From positions 61,544 through 125,543 of the forward strand of contig MU271214.1 of assembly GCA_021432655.1 (NCBI GenBank): DNA of 64,000 nt. The letters run 5' to 3'. Origin of the DNA: Atractiella rhizophila. Its lineage: Eukaryota. The position numbers were made by a program, and so were the translations under genes. This document shows positions 36,797 through 48,559 of this stretch, piece after piece; positions within the stretch are counted from its first letter, which is position 1; the number at the start of each line of letters is the position of its first letter. The notes under the pieces were generated by a model, which worked only from the letters and a program-made list of their open reading frames with translations, ran no database searches and was not told the origin of the DNA.

Positions 36797-38329
36797 GGTG
36801 GAAGAAGTGAGATGGATGCGTGAGAGGAGGATTGGAGGCGTTTTAGATGCTTGAGGGGGTGGAATGGCGGCGAAATGTTGCTCGATTGATACTGTTGAAA
36901 TGCAGATGGAGAAATTTCAAGGGGTGGAAAGAGAAAAGAGAAAAGGGTGGCCATTTTATGGGCAGAAAAGTGGCTGAGTGAGACAAGGGGTGGGGCGAGG
37001 GAGGGTCAAGAATTGTGCCTCTCGCTCCGGATGATCCCTTGCGCTCCCAAGCTGGAACCTGACGGCCCCTCGCACACGTGAGCGGAATACGAATGCCTGA
37101 AAAATATTTAAAATGTGTAATAATGAGCCTTGAAGGCTTCATAGGCATAATACTGGCAAAGATAAATTAAGGAAAGCAAGGATGGAGTGGAGAAAAGGTC
37201 TTCGTTGAGTTTTTGATGGTATAAAGGGTCAAGAACTTGTTTCGGGTGCTTTTGAGGTTAAACAAAGCCTCTGAAGTGATATCAAGTGCAGAAAATGATG
37301 TCTTGCTCATGCTAGAAGTTGGCGAAAACAGTTACACGATGCACCAGGAAAACCTGGGGGGGCTGCAGGTTCCACCTTGGGGAGTCCAACGAGCATCCGG
37401 AGCGGCAAAAGTTTTCTTGACCGTCCCTCGGGTGGGACGATGAATGCAGGATCAGGAAGAGGAAATAACGGTCGATGAAGATTCTAGACCTTTGGGCAGA
37501 AAAACGATACAAATGCAAGTGTGAACAAACTGCAATTCCTGTGGCAGAAAAGACTGAAGTGAGTCATGAGCGAAAGATCTTTTCCGCCCTTCCAACAAAT
37601 TGTAGAATGCGAAGTGAGGTCATTGCTTGTTTTCACAACCACTTCGCCATTCCCTCTCAGCAGATCAGCTCACTCAAGTGAGTTTTCACGCGTCCTAAAA
37701 GCGCAAAAACTTCATTCGGCACCCCCCAACAGCTCTCCTTCTCTAGATTCACTCAGTTCAAGATAATGGCCGATATGGCAGGAAACGATGGCGGGAGTGG
37801 AGGGCAAGGCGGAATGACGTCCTCTGAGTCTCTGGAGAACTTGTTTGCAGGAGGCATGTCTGGCGCTTCGGGAAACAATTGGGGAGAGAGAGGATTGGCA
37901 AGTGGTCTGAGAGAAGGGGAAGGAAGAGAAGGGATAGGAAGCCAGGCAACGGAGGGTGGTGTTGTATCGGGTTCGTACGCGTCGGGACTCGGTGGTGTGG
38001 AATCAGGAGCAGGAAATGCGGAAAACGCGTCGGATCGAGTTTTCTTCGACTCCCTACAACGCCTGGCTAAGGAAGGGCGACTTCAAGGCATCCTGAACGC
38101 GTCGGGCTGGGTGAATACTTCAGAATCGGCATCGCAGGTAGCCACCACCAAGTTCCTCGATTCTATCGGCAATCTTGTTCAAAATCTCACCAGCTCAGTT
38201 ACGAAGGAGAAAGAAAAGGAGGGAGGAATGTCTGTGATAGATGGGACAGCAAGAGTTTCAGGCGCGTGTCCTCCAGTGAGTGTTTCGTTTGTTGTCGGGA
38301 CAATGATGCTTGGAGTTTTGGGCGTCCGC

Positions 38330-38770
38330 CAGTTAGCTGGCGTTGCGCGTGCAGTACTGGTTAGCCGGGCTGCAGAAGCTGTTCTGTCAGCCTGCGTTGC
38401 GTTTTGCGTTAGAGCATTTAGCTCAGTTAAGAAATATACAACTGTGTAGGCAGTTGTAAAGCGTCGCGTCACTGGTTAGCCAGTTCTTGCAGCGGTCTCG
38501 GCAGCTGCATTGCGTTGCAGTACTGGTTGGCCAGCTTTTCTTGCGCAGTTGTGTTGACAACTGCATTCTTTGCGTTACTGGTTAGCCAGTTAGTGCAGCT
38601 GTGTTGGCAGCCGCCATGCGTTGCGTTACCCGTTAGCAGGTTAATAGAGCTGTGTTGACAGCTGCCTGCGTTGCGTTACAGGTAGCGGGATTGTGTTGGG
38701 AGACTGCATTATGTCCCAGTTTCTTGTGTTAATACAGTTGTGTTTGTAGACTGTCATGGTGTGCTGCGTT
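38330..38770 (+). repeat. Degenerate tandem array of ~7-8 units of 50-60 nt, each with a hairpin
   Basis: Anchor ACTGGTTAGCC-like at 38356, ~38411, 38471, 38522, 38577, 38628 and 38678, followed by a GCAGCTGTGTTGACAGCTGC-like stem-loop and TGCGTTGCGTT. Confidence 0.85.
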
Positions 38771-39604
38771 TCACAGGGGATTGTGATGGAGAATGGAGCT
38801 GATGAAATGTGCGGTGAAACAGTGGCTGCATGTCAAGTTGTATGAACATGCGAAGAAGAATCCGCACGCGTTCCTCGAAATGGCCGCCTATTCGCCCGGA
38901 TTCAACAAAACGCGTACCCCCAACATGTCAGACAAAGTCGCAATCGATCTCAACCTCGGCACCACAGTTTACGCCACCAACTCGGTGGAACATATCCTGA
39001 AGAACTTCAAAGGGAAGGACAAGCTGCTCTCCTTCGATGAATGGTACAGGGCGGCGAAGGTCCTGTTGAGAATTTTTCGAGAGGCAGAGGACAAGCACGA
39101 AGGAGCGGCGGCGTGTTGGGAAAGATACATTGATTTGGTGGAGGGTATCTACTACGGCGAGGGGAGAGGATCGGCAGAGAACTGGCCGGTCATCCGCGAC
39201 GCAGATATTCGCCACAGGAATCAACACGCAGTTTCAGGCAAGGATCTGGGGAACGGATCGAGAGCGTGGCCCGATATCAGCAACTCGGCTGTGTTCGAGT
39301 CGCTGTATCAGTCGGTGGTACGTGAATCGCTGCATTCGATTGTCTCAAGACCAACTGCGACGCCTTTTCCTTCACCCTCGAATCGCGCACCTTCTCAGAG
39401 AAACGGCCAGCCCTTTCGGAGCGGCTCCACGTCTCCCTACGAGAGACGCCAATCGGCAGCGGGTAGCGTTGCCTTTAGCTGTTGCATCCAGTGTGGAAAG
39501 GATAAAGCGGTCTGCGGTAGTAGGACATGTAGGTCGATTGTAGTGTGCAGCGGTTATGTGGCTGAGCTCAAGAATAGGGCAGTGGTGCAAGGAGTCAACC
39601 ACAG

Positions 39605-41728
39605 TTGCAGGAAAGCCCATCAAGAAGCAGTCCCTCCCTCGTTCCGCTCTCCTCGACCCCCAAGGACGCGTCGCATGTTCTCAGTTCAACATCAACCATT
39701 GCAACTTCAACACAAACTGCAAGTACAACCATTCATGCACCATCTGTGGAGAAGCTCATTCAGCCCGGCAATGCCCATCCGTCGAAACTAGGCGCGGCAG
39801 CGCCACATCCTCTTCGTCCTGAACGGATTCTTCCTTCGCCGCCGTCGACGCTCTCGAGCGAAGACTTTGCGCATGCGAAGGAATTGGTGACGCCTCTTAA
39901 TACGCCGGTGTGGATCAATGGTTTAACGGTTTCAGGACTCCTGGATCAGTTCCAGGATGTGGTTTCTACTCTGGCTCACGGTTTCAAAGTGGACGGACTC
40001 AACTCCCCCCCTTCCTTCACCTTCACTCCCGACAACCACCCCTCAGCTGCACAATACCAATCATTCTTAGACGAGTACGCAGCGGAGGAGGTGCGTTTAG
40101 AACGGTATGCAGGTCCGTTTACGAAGGAGCAGGTTGAGGAACTGCTGGGTTCCCCTTTTCAGTCATCGCCCTTGGCAGTCGTTCCCAAGTCGGAGCCAGG
40201 AGAATATCGCTTGATACAAGACTTATCTTTCCCTAAGGACAGGAAAGTCCCTTGGTGGTTGTGGAAGAGGTGGAAGAAAGATAGAAGGGATTACTATGCG
40301 AGAAAGAAAACGGTGTTGAAGAAGGAAGGGAGGCTGTTTGGGAAAGTAGTAGATTGGGCGGAGCTGGTGGATAAAGAACAGTTGGATGAGGGAGAGGAGC
40401 GAGCGATAGGGGCAGGACAAGATGGGGGCCCTCTATCGGTGAATACAAGGGCGGAAACAGAGAAGTACGAGTGTGGATGGGATTCCTTCAAGGACATGGC
40501 GGCAGCGGTCTTGGAGGCTCCCCCTGGCGCGCAGGCGGCGGTTGTGGATGTCAAGTCAGCTTTTCGCCTCATCCCCTCGCATCCCTCGGTTCGATGTTGG
40601 CTTGTCGTTCAGATCCGACCGGGGCATTTCTACATCGACAAGTGCGGTTGCTTCGGACTGGCGCCAATGCCAATGATCTACGGCCGAGTAGGAGATGCGT
40701 TGGTGGCGCTCACAGAGTCCCACGGCTACGGTCCCATCAAGAAGTGGGTGGACGACAAGGCGATCTTTTGATCCCTGCCTTACAAATACGACCTAGCGGG
40801 TTTCTTCAACGGCATGGTTTCTTATGCGTGGCGTGGAACGAGGCGAAATGCAAAGACTTCGCCTTTCGCTGCCCATACGTCGGGTTCGAATGGGATCTCT
40901 CGTTGAAGACGGTAGAGTTGAAGCGGGAGAAGTATGACAAAATCTTAGGAATGGTGCGAGAATGGTTGGGGGACGGGTTTGCGTGCACGGCCAAGGACGT
41001 AGAGCGCATGCATGGGCGACTGGTGCACCTCACGTACATCATCCCTCAAGGCAAACCGTACTTGGCCAGCTTAATCGCATTTCAGAAGGAATGGGGTTTT
41101 CAGCCCTCAGTGTCCCGCTCGCTCAACAATTCAGTCCAAGCGGATTTGGAAGTCTGGCTCTTTTTCCTCATGAACGCCCCCATTCGTCAATTAATCCCTT
41201 CCATGGCTCCGGTCGACATCTCTTGGATCGGAGACGCGTCTACATCGTTCGGGATGGCGGCGATTGTGCGGCGATTGTGCGGCGCTATGGGTATGGAAGG
41301 GGGGACCTGTGGAAAATACGTGGATTGGTTGGGGTGAAATGCTCGCGGTGGAATTGGGGTTGAGATTATTAGATTGGATGTTGGAGAAGGGTTTTCTTCG
41401 TTTAGGACCGCACGAACGATCAATTCTCGTCCGATCAGACAATTCGGGAGTTGTAGGCGCCGTCAATCGAGGAAGGTCGCAAAACGTTCCGATCAACGAG
41501 TCGCTGAAACGAGTGTACCAGTTGCAGTTCGCCAGAGGTCTGACAGTGCACTCCCAGCATTTAGCGGGTAAGGCTAACCGCTCCGATGCTTTGTCTAGGG
41601 GTTCTTTTTCGCGTTTTCGGCAAGATTTTCCTCATTGCAGGGTAGTAGAGATTATGGTTCCTCATGAAATTTCGAAATATGTGGGTTTATGGGCAAAGCC
41701 ATATGAGGCTTCGTTCGACTTCGTGTAA
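39605..41728 (+). pseudogene. RT-RNase H ORF of the YR retrotransposon (frameshifted)
   Basis: Three successive frames (39605-40771, part of 40471-41337, 41264-41728) carry consecutive RT and RNase H motifs. Confidence 0.9.
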
Positions 41729-42004
41729 CCAACAGTGTCTCGTATCAAATAGTTTTCCCAGGTTTTTCAGTCTTCATTTCATTGGTTTGCTGCATGGGCG
41801 CAAGGGGTTTCAGCAAATCATCATCAGCAAGGTGTATTAGCAGGTGTTTGTACTTAGTGACGATGCGTAAATATATCGCAATTATCAATGTTGATTTACT
41901 ATATACAAACTGCTCGTTTGGAGGAGGAGAGCTGAAGCTCATTTGAGATGAGGAGTTGATGGGATGACGTATCGGAAAGCGAGGTTACCTGAACCATCAC
42001 CATC

Positions 42005-43195
42005 ATGCCTCCTTACCAGGACCTCGTCCAACAGGCACAACAATCGGCTTATCGTCGACTACTCGCTTATGATCCCCAGCTCTTGTTTCCAAAGGTCAAA
42101 GCGCAAGATAGGATTTTACAGTGGAAACCGGAGCAACACATCCAAGCGGTCTACAGCCACCCTCGACTTCAAAACCTGGTTGCCCTCGCGTCTGCAGCTT
42201 CCCTGGACGAATCGACGCGTAAATCATACGGTTCAGGATTAGCAAAGTACCTAGAATACTGCGAGAAGATGAATTTGCCTCGAAACGAAATATTCCCGGC
42301 GTCGAAGGGCGTGATTTTAGGTTTTGGTTTATGGACGTGCTTAAAGGAAGATGGAGGAGTGGAAGGAGAAGGGCCTAAGAAGTTGGTTACACCGCAGACA
42401 GCACAGAAGTACGTCACTGCACTTCATTCGTGGCATACACATCATGGACTGCCATTCGCACTTTCCTCAAAGGAGGATTGGGATTATTTTCATTACCTTA
42501 TGCGCGGCGCAAAGAAGTTGCGAGGAGAAGAGCTCAAGGCTCCTCGCCCCCCAGTTACGTTACACATGCTTCGCGCCTTGCACACTGGGTTAGACTTTCG
42601 CAACTCATTCGACTCCTGTTGTTAGGCGGTTGCCACATCTACCTTTTTTGGTTTGATGAGATTGGGAGAAGCTACCGTGCCCAGCAAACCGGAGTATACG
42701 CGACACCCAGAGAAATACGTCCCTCTTCGTAACGCGACTTGGAATTCCGACAATTCAAGGGTTGGGTTCCTGAAGCTATCCCTTCCGCACGATAAGACGA
42801 AGAATCGTGTTTTGCGACCTGGAGAGAACCCAAATGTTTTCCTGCCACGACAAGCAGACCTGAAATTGTGTCCTGTGGAAGCCTTAGCCCACCACCGATC
42901 GATTACCCCGTTGCAACCAGACAATTTTCTGTTTTCATACATTGACCGCAAGACGCTTCAGATGCAGCCAATGACGAGACAAGCCTTTCTGAAACGCGTC
43001 AACGAAATTTGGGAAGCCGCAGGTTTGGAACGTGATGTATCAGGTCACAGCTTTCGAATTGGAGGAGCCTCCTTTTTCCTGGGACAAGGGATCTCTCCCC
43101 TCACCGTACAATGGGCAGGCAGGTGGAAATCACTGGCATTCACCTTTTATATTCGAGCTTATGAGGACATCATTCCTAAGTCGTTGGCAATTTGA
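42005..43195 (+). pseudogene. Tyrosine recombinase ORF with one internal stop
   Basis: STRKSYGSGLAKYLEYC N-terminal domain; TAG at 42623-42625 (likely from TGG); R...HxxR...W...Y catalytic set in the downstream same-frame ORF 42653-43195. Confidence 0.9.
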
Positions 43196-43813
43196 GTATG
43201 TAGGATCACTTAACTCACGTCTGAGGTACCTACTGATTAGGTGTGGTAATGCGTTTAGAATGTGGTATTTCATGTTACACTGATCAATGTTAATGTTTCT
43301 CCTACCGCCAGGTTGTGGGGCATGCCACAAGCAGCAGGCTGTCGGTTCGTCGAACCCTTAGTGGGGTGCGCCTGCTTTCCTTGCGTCCCCCTTCAGGTAG
43401 CGTAGCTTAGCGTTCGGAGCTCGTTTTTGTGCAGGTTTCGTGCTTGCTTTGCAGCGCTTAGCTTGCATTACGCGCGCCTCTTCACGTCGTATGAGGCACG
43501 TGCTACCGACCTCCGACCGCCCGGCTCCGCTCCACCCAACTTGGCCGAAGAGTAATGTGCGTTTCAGTAGTTAGAGTGAGCTGAAGAACAGATTTGTTGG
43601 ATGAGTAGAACCAGCACAAGTGCCTCTGCAACTTGTGAAACTCTTTGGGCGAAATCAGCCCAGTTGTATGGTCTCGTCGAGAGAAAGGAAAGGTGATCAA
43701 AGGGGTTGTTTGTCGCCACTCAAACAAGCCTTAATGGCGACTGCAACATGAGGAAAGCTCAATCACTCGCGCAACAAAGGTGAACGAAGTGAGCCTCCTC
43801 TCTCTGAACGCCA

Positions 43814-43890
43814 AAAACAACACACCGCGAAAACCGTCCCTCCTCTCCTGCCCCGGGGCTTCGTAAACGCACCGAATTGTGTACCTGATT
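43814..43890 (+). repeat. 76-77-nt dispersed repeat, copy 2
   Basis: Near-identical to 33383-33458; both copies end at ...GTGTACCTGATT. Confidence 0.92.
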
Positions 43891-46549
43891 TCCTACTCTT
43901 TAGCTTGATTTCGCTGTCGGGTGTAGACTCCAATCGATCGTCTATTAACGAGTTTGAAACTGAATCGCTTGCAGAGAGGTATATTACGAGAGTAGAGGAG
44001 ACAGAGGATGGTGGTGGTTCTACCTGAGACAGAATACCAACAGAAAGGAGAAAATGGGCAGACGGTAGGAAGGCCGGTTCAAACTCTAACTAAAACCAGA
44101 TGTGGCACGAATGAAAAGTCGTTTAACACGCTCTGATCAGGACTGAACATAATTTGCAAGTAGTTGAGCAGGAGAAGCGCAGGCTCTGGGTATCTCCTGA
44201 TCATTCAAGCCAGTGAAGGATATATTCTCTCCATGGTCACGCTTTGATCAGGCAAGTTGAGAATGGTCAACCGATGGCTACTCGGTCGATGTGCATGATC
44301 ATAACAATGTACTATAATACATTCCTGAAAACAATCAGTTAAGAGCGTGTGGAGCGGATACAAGAGACTGTCAGATCCGTTTCCGTTCGTCTCACCCAGC
44401 TGCACACAGACTTCTGTTTCTATCTCTGTCTCTTGCTGTCGGGTTCTTCCTGAGCGAGCATTTTCCTTTCTTCCTTTTACCCTTCTGCGGAAGGTCTCAC
44501 CTCTCTACTTAATACATAGCTAGACCACCGCCCCATTTTTCAGCATCGTCCTGCAATCATAGCCATCCCTCATACAATGATTATCTCCAAGCCCAATCTT
44601 GAGAATGGTCCTGCCACCCTGAGTGCTGGTGGTCGGCAAGCAATTGGTGCCGCATTTTGAAATTGGGGATAGCGCATTGCACAATCGTTCCAAGTCCATT
44701 CGCATTTGGAGATGTTCCTGACGATGTTAGCATTGGCACCGCATTTCCCAACCGTTGCTAGAACATTGTGAAATGCGCTGACATTTCAATAATGGACAAT
44801 CATTTGGTGACCATTGTTGCAATGTTTGGAAGGTGATTGGAGGGCCATGTTTGAGGCCCATTCGAGCCAGGGACAGCGTGAAGCGACCAGGTTCGTCAGT
44901 TTTCTATCATTAAGACCATTTTGCGTGCGGCCTCTTCACGTTCCTTTTCAGTTATTGCAGTTTTGCTAATTCTTTGGCAGGCCGGGTGGAACTGCACGAC
45001 GTCATGCTTCCTATTCCATTCCTCTTTCCTGTCCCACGGTTGCCTAGCAGGCCAGGCGCCGACCCTCTATGCCCCCTCCCTGAAACTCATCTGCAGGTCA
45101 CTTTGCCGACGTCAAGACCTATCCGCGCCTACTTGTCAACAGCCACAGCCAAAGCTGAGGAATCGAACTACAAGTTACCGTGAGATGGGGGGGGAGTGAA
45201 GCCCCTTGCCACTCAGAGGGGCAGGGGGCAACGAGTGGGCTAGCCACAGAGCGAACCAGGAAATGGTCAAGTAGGTACACACTCTGTCTTGAGTTCCTCT
45301 CTGTGCAGCCTTATAGTAAAATCATTGACCAAAGTCTTATCTAATAGATTCATCTCCTGTAACCTTCAGGGCAAGCTTGAGCGTCAGATCTTACTAGTGT
45401 GGTGAAGGCTTAACCCTCTATGCTTGATATTCCCAACGATTAGAGCGAGGTTTCGATGAAAGGAAATGAGAATGGGTGAGGGAAAGAGGAAGGATGGGAT
45501 GTAGATCAAGATGGGTATCGTTTAGAGGTGATGGCCGCAGTGAGATAAATTTGGCCTTCCAAAGTCTTTGAACCTAGAGAATATTGAGACTAGCTAAATG
45601 AATGGAGATGGTGGATAATCTTGATGTATTTCCTTTCCTTTCCGCCTCTTCATCTCCAGGCCTCACTGGCTGATATGACAGGCCTAATTGCTACTGAATA
45701 ATGTGGTAGCTACATGCCAACCAGAACTCTGCATCATGGGCCGTCTCTCCACCAACTCCATTGGTGCAATTTATGCTGTGTTATTTGGAAGAGATGCAAG
45801 GAGAGACAGGGGATGGGAATGGAAATTGCTCAGATTGTCGAAGAGATCGAGAGAGTGGAAGAACATCAGCACATTCCTTTGCCCTATGGGGATCTATGAT
45901 AGGACCTCGTTATAGAGTGGTTCCTAGCTGTCCCTATGGCGCTATGGGAGCCATAGTGAGCCATGACTATGACTCAAGAATAAATCGCTCACTTGTTTTA
46001 TTAACTATTGTTGAAATATGCAGTTATTAGATGTGAAGCCGGTGAGGCAGTGATGCTGATGCTGGCACCATGCATCAACAAGCCCACATTTGCTATGAGT
46101 CACCCCCCATTTCTGAACCGCCCGATCGATCGACTTTCCCTTCATCTCCTTCGAATACCTCTCCCCCACCAAGTTCTCTTATAGATTACGAAAAGTAGGA
46201 AGGCGACATCGGAGCTATCTAACGTGCTCAACTCTAATGCCTGTTCAATTTTCGTTTCACACACGTCGGGAGAACAAAATCTAGGGTAAATGGCAAAGGG
46301 CAGGAGGTATTTGCGGTGTGGAAGCAGTATATGGTGGGATGGGCAGAGAGGATAAACACGGGTGAGTGTTCTAAAATGGAGAAAGTGAGAGGGTGTGTTA
46401 TGTCAGCTTCAAGCTTGGAAGAGAGTGAGTTTTCAGTCAGACTGCAGGCTTGGATCAAGCATGAATGTATTTCCTTTCTCATCCTTTCTACCTACGTGGA
46501 CTCAGCGCTAGTTGTTGCGTTGCGAGCGTGCCCAGCAACTTACAATTTC

Positions 46550-47930
46550 TCAACTGAAGCGCAAAAGCGCGTCTTGATCTGAGAACTTGATAAGCCAAGC
46601 TTCTTGGTGGCTTTCCAGAATGTTTGAGCGGTTTTGATTGCGAGGAGTTTCTGCCTTGAAGATGGGAGTGACATGTGCCTGTCGAATGATGCGGTCGATG
46701 GGAAGCACCTCCACATCCCGAACTCGTTCACGATTGACGGAGACTTCAGCAATTTTGAGCTTCCACATGTGTGTGGAAGGGTCAACCTCATGTCCCACGA
46801 GGTTGAAATACTGTACAAAAGTGAGTTCGTGCTGCTGTCCTTCATACTCAAGACTGAAAAAGAAGGAGAACCTGTGCAGGGCAGAAATGATGCTTTGCTG
46901 TTGCCCGCTTCTCACGAATCACAACGCAGTTGAAGCGCTCGAAAGCATCGTTGCTGGATCCTGGCACATCCCGAGTGTACCAAGAGTCCTTAGCCCGAAT
47001 AGAATACTTGATGAGTGGTTTCGCCTTTGTGAAAGCTGCAAGATTCCGCCAGAGAGAGGTAACAGCTCCGAAACGTGTAATGGAACCCTGAATATCGGGC
47101 AACTGGTCATCATGTTTGTAGCCGACATACTCTCCCGTTTCCAGTGACTTTAGAAAGCGGCCAATGTGGTAGCGAAGGTAGAAGAGTTGTTCCTTCTCGA
47201 TTGCTTGCAACACTCACATTGGGTATCCTTCCTCTATGCCATGTATGAGCTTTTGAAGCTGTTGAGAACCAAAGCTTACCTGGAGTTTTGCCATGAAAAC
47301 TCCTACTGTGCCTCCATAGTCAACATGTCTTGCCCCTAGAGGTTGAGCTGCCTTGCTTGGAAGTAAGCCAACATCTTCAAGATAGGCAGTTTTGAGTTGG
47401 AATGCATCTTGCAAGAAGTTTCGGTTCAAAATCTGGGTGTCTGCGTTGTTCTTGTTCGTCCCTCTGAATGGATCTTTGAGGTCAATGGAATGAAGACTTT
47501 CTGAGTACTCTGTGCTGACAAAAGTTACCGGTCCAACATTGACAATGTCAACGTCGTAATGATGCAACGAATGAATCTTTGGAATGTTGTCAAACCCTTT
47601 ATCTTTCCCGTCTTTACCAATACGGACACAAGCAAAAGCTGGCAGATCAGCAAAGAACCGCATCTTCACTTGCTGTAACCCTTCATGTTTGACGGCACCA
47701 AAGACAGGAAGTTTGGCGAAGTAGATAAACTCAAGTAATGCAACTGTGCAGCGCATAGCTGGAGTTGGAATGAGACCATAAATCGCTGGTGCAAAGATAG
47801 CTGCGAGTTGTTCAGCGTCTCCTGCAGACCAGCACGAGAAGTTTAGTCCAGTGTAGAATGCGTGGATACCAGGAAAAGCTGGCATAAACTTCAGTCACCT
47901 CTCCAGCTCTGAGATGCCTGGTCCACTCCA
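46550..47930 (-). pseudogene. Plavaka-type transposase, C-terminal part, frameshifted
   Basis: MPAFPGIHAFYTG..SCWSAGD, ALLEFIYFA, FDNIPKIHSLHHY..I...G....STEYSESLH..LKDPFR.TN motifs, then RFNCV...PAQVLLLF and VLPIDRIIRQAHVTPIF. Confidence 0.7.
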
Positions 47931-48559
47931 TTCTTGATGTTGGAGTTCGATAAGTCTGAGAACCCTGGTGACACGATTGTTCCAGCTGTTGACCCCACTG
48001 CCTCTCGATGCAGGCCACGCAAAGTCAAGCTCATCCTGCCACCTCGCAAGACAATTGACCGAAAGACGAAAACGAAGTCAATCCATGATCTCGAGGCAAG
48101 GGGATTGGTTCTCAGCGTAACTTACGGCCGATTGAAGAGCCTGTCGAACTAGAACAGGACCCTCTTGCTACTGCACGAGCCTCAGTACTCACGGCTAGAC
48201 CGCTAAAGGCAACAGATCAGTCAAGGGACATCCATGGACAGAATACAGTTGGATCTGATGGAGTGGTGGTGGAGAAGCGGGTCGGACCGTACAGTGAGCC
48301 AGTAAGTTGTGGATGTGGGAGGGGAAGAGCAAAGGGGAGAGGACTGAGTAGAAAGAGGGGCAGAGGGAGGAGTGTGCCGGACTGGGAGATAGGTGGAGTG
48401 ATTGAGCTCGATGCGGACAATGGAGACAATTCATCGAATACAACCACATGCAGCAACACTCAGAGCGAAGGGAAGAATACAACCTCAGTCAATCCCTTGC
48501 TAAGTAGTCTGCACGATTCTTCCTCATCCCTACCTACTATCCAGCCTCTCATGTCGCCC

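Larger units (their letters stand above)
37766..43195 (+). mobile_element. Tyrosine-recombinase retrotransposon (DIRS order, Ngaro-like): gag, RT/RNase H, YR; a few disabling mutations
   Basis: Gag ending in CSQFNINHCNFNTNCKYNHSCTICGEAHSARQC; overlapping RT with SPLAVVPK..YRLIQDLSFP, DVKSAFR, WVDD; RNase H GDAS...SDNSGVV...GRS...N.SDALSRG; YR with LMRLGE and GHSFRIGGAS...GRWKS..F..YIR. Confidence 0.93.

Noticed and set aside
37565..37625. Split direct repeat A1 matching ~43747-43797
   Set aside because: Only scattered short matches (CATGAG..GAAAG, CAACAAA, CGAAGTGAG); too weak to call without alignment statistics.
38330..38770. CRISPR array
   Set aside because: Eukaryotic context, no cas genes, and the units are degenerate along their whole length with no unique spacers.
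42005..43195. Starship captain, Crypton or phage integrase
   Set aside because: The recombinase directly follows gag and RT/RNase H on the same strand, the DIRS/Ngaro layout.
43570..43670. Hammerhead ribozyme (CTGAAGA...GAAAC)
   Set aside because: Could not assemble three stems and a cleavage triplet by eye. A covariance-model search would settle it.
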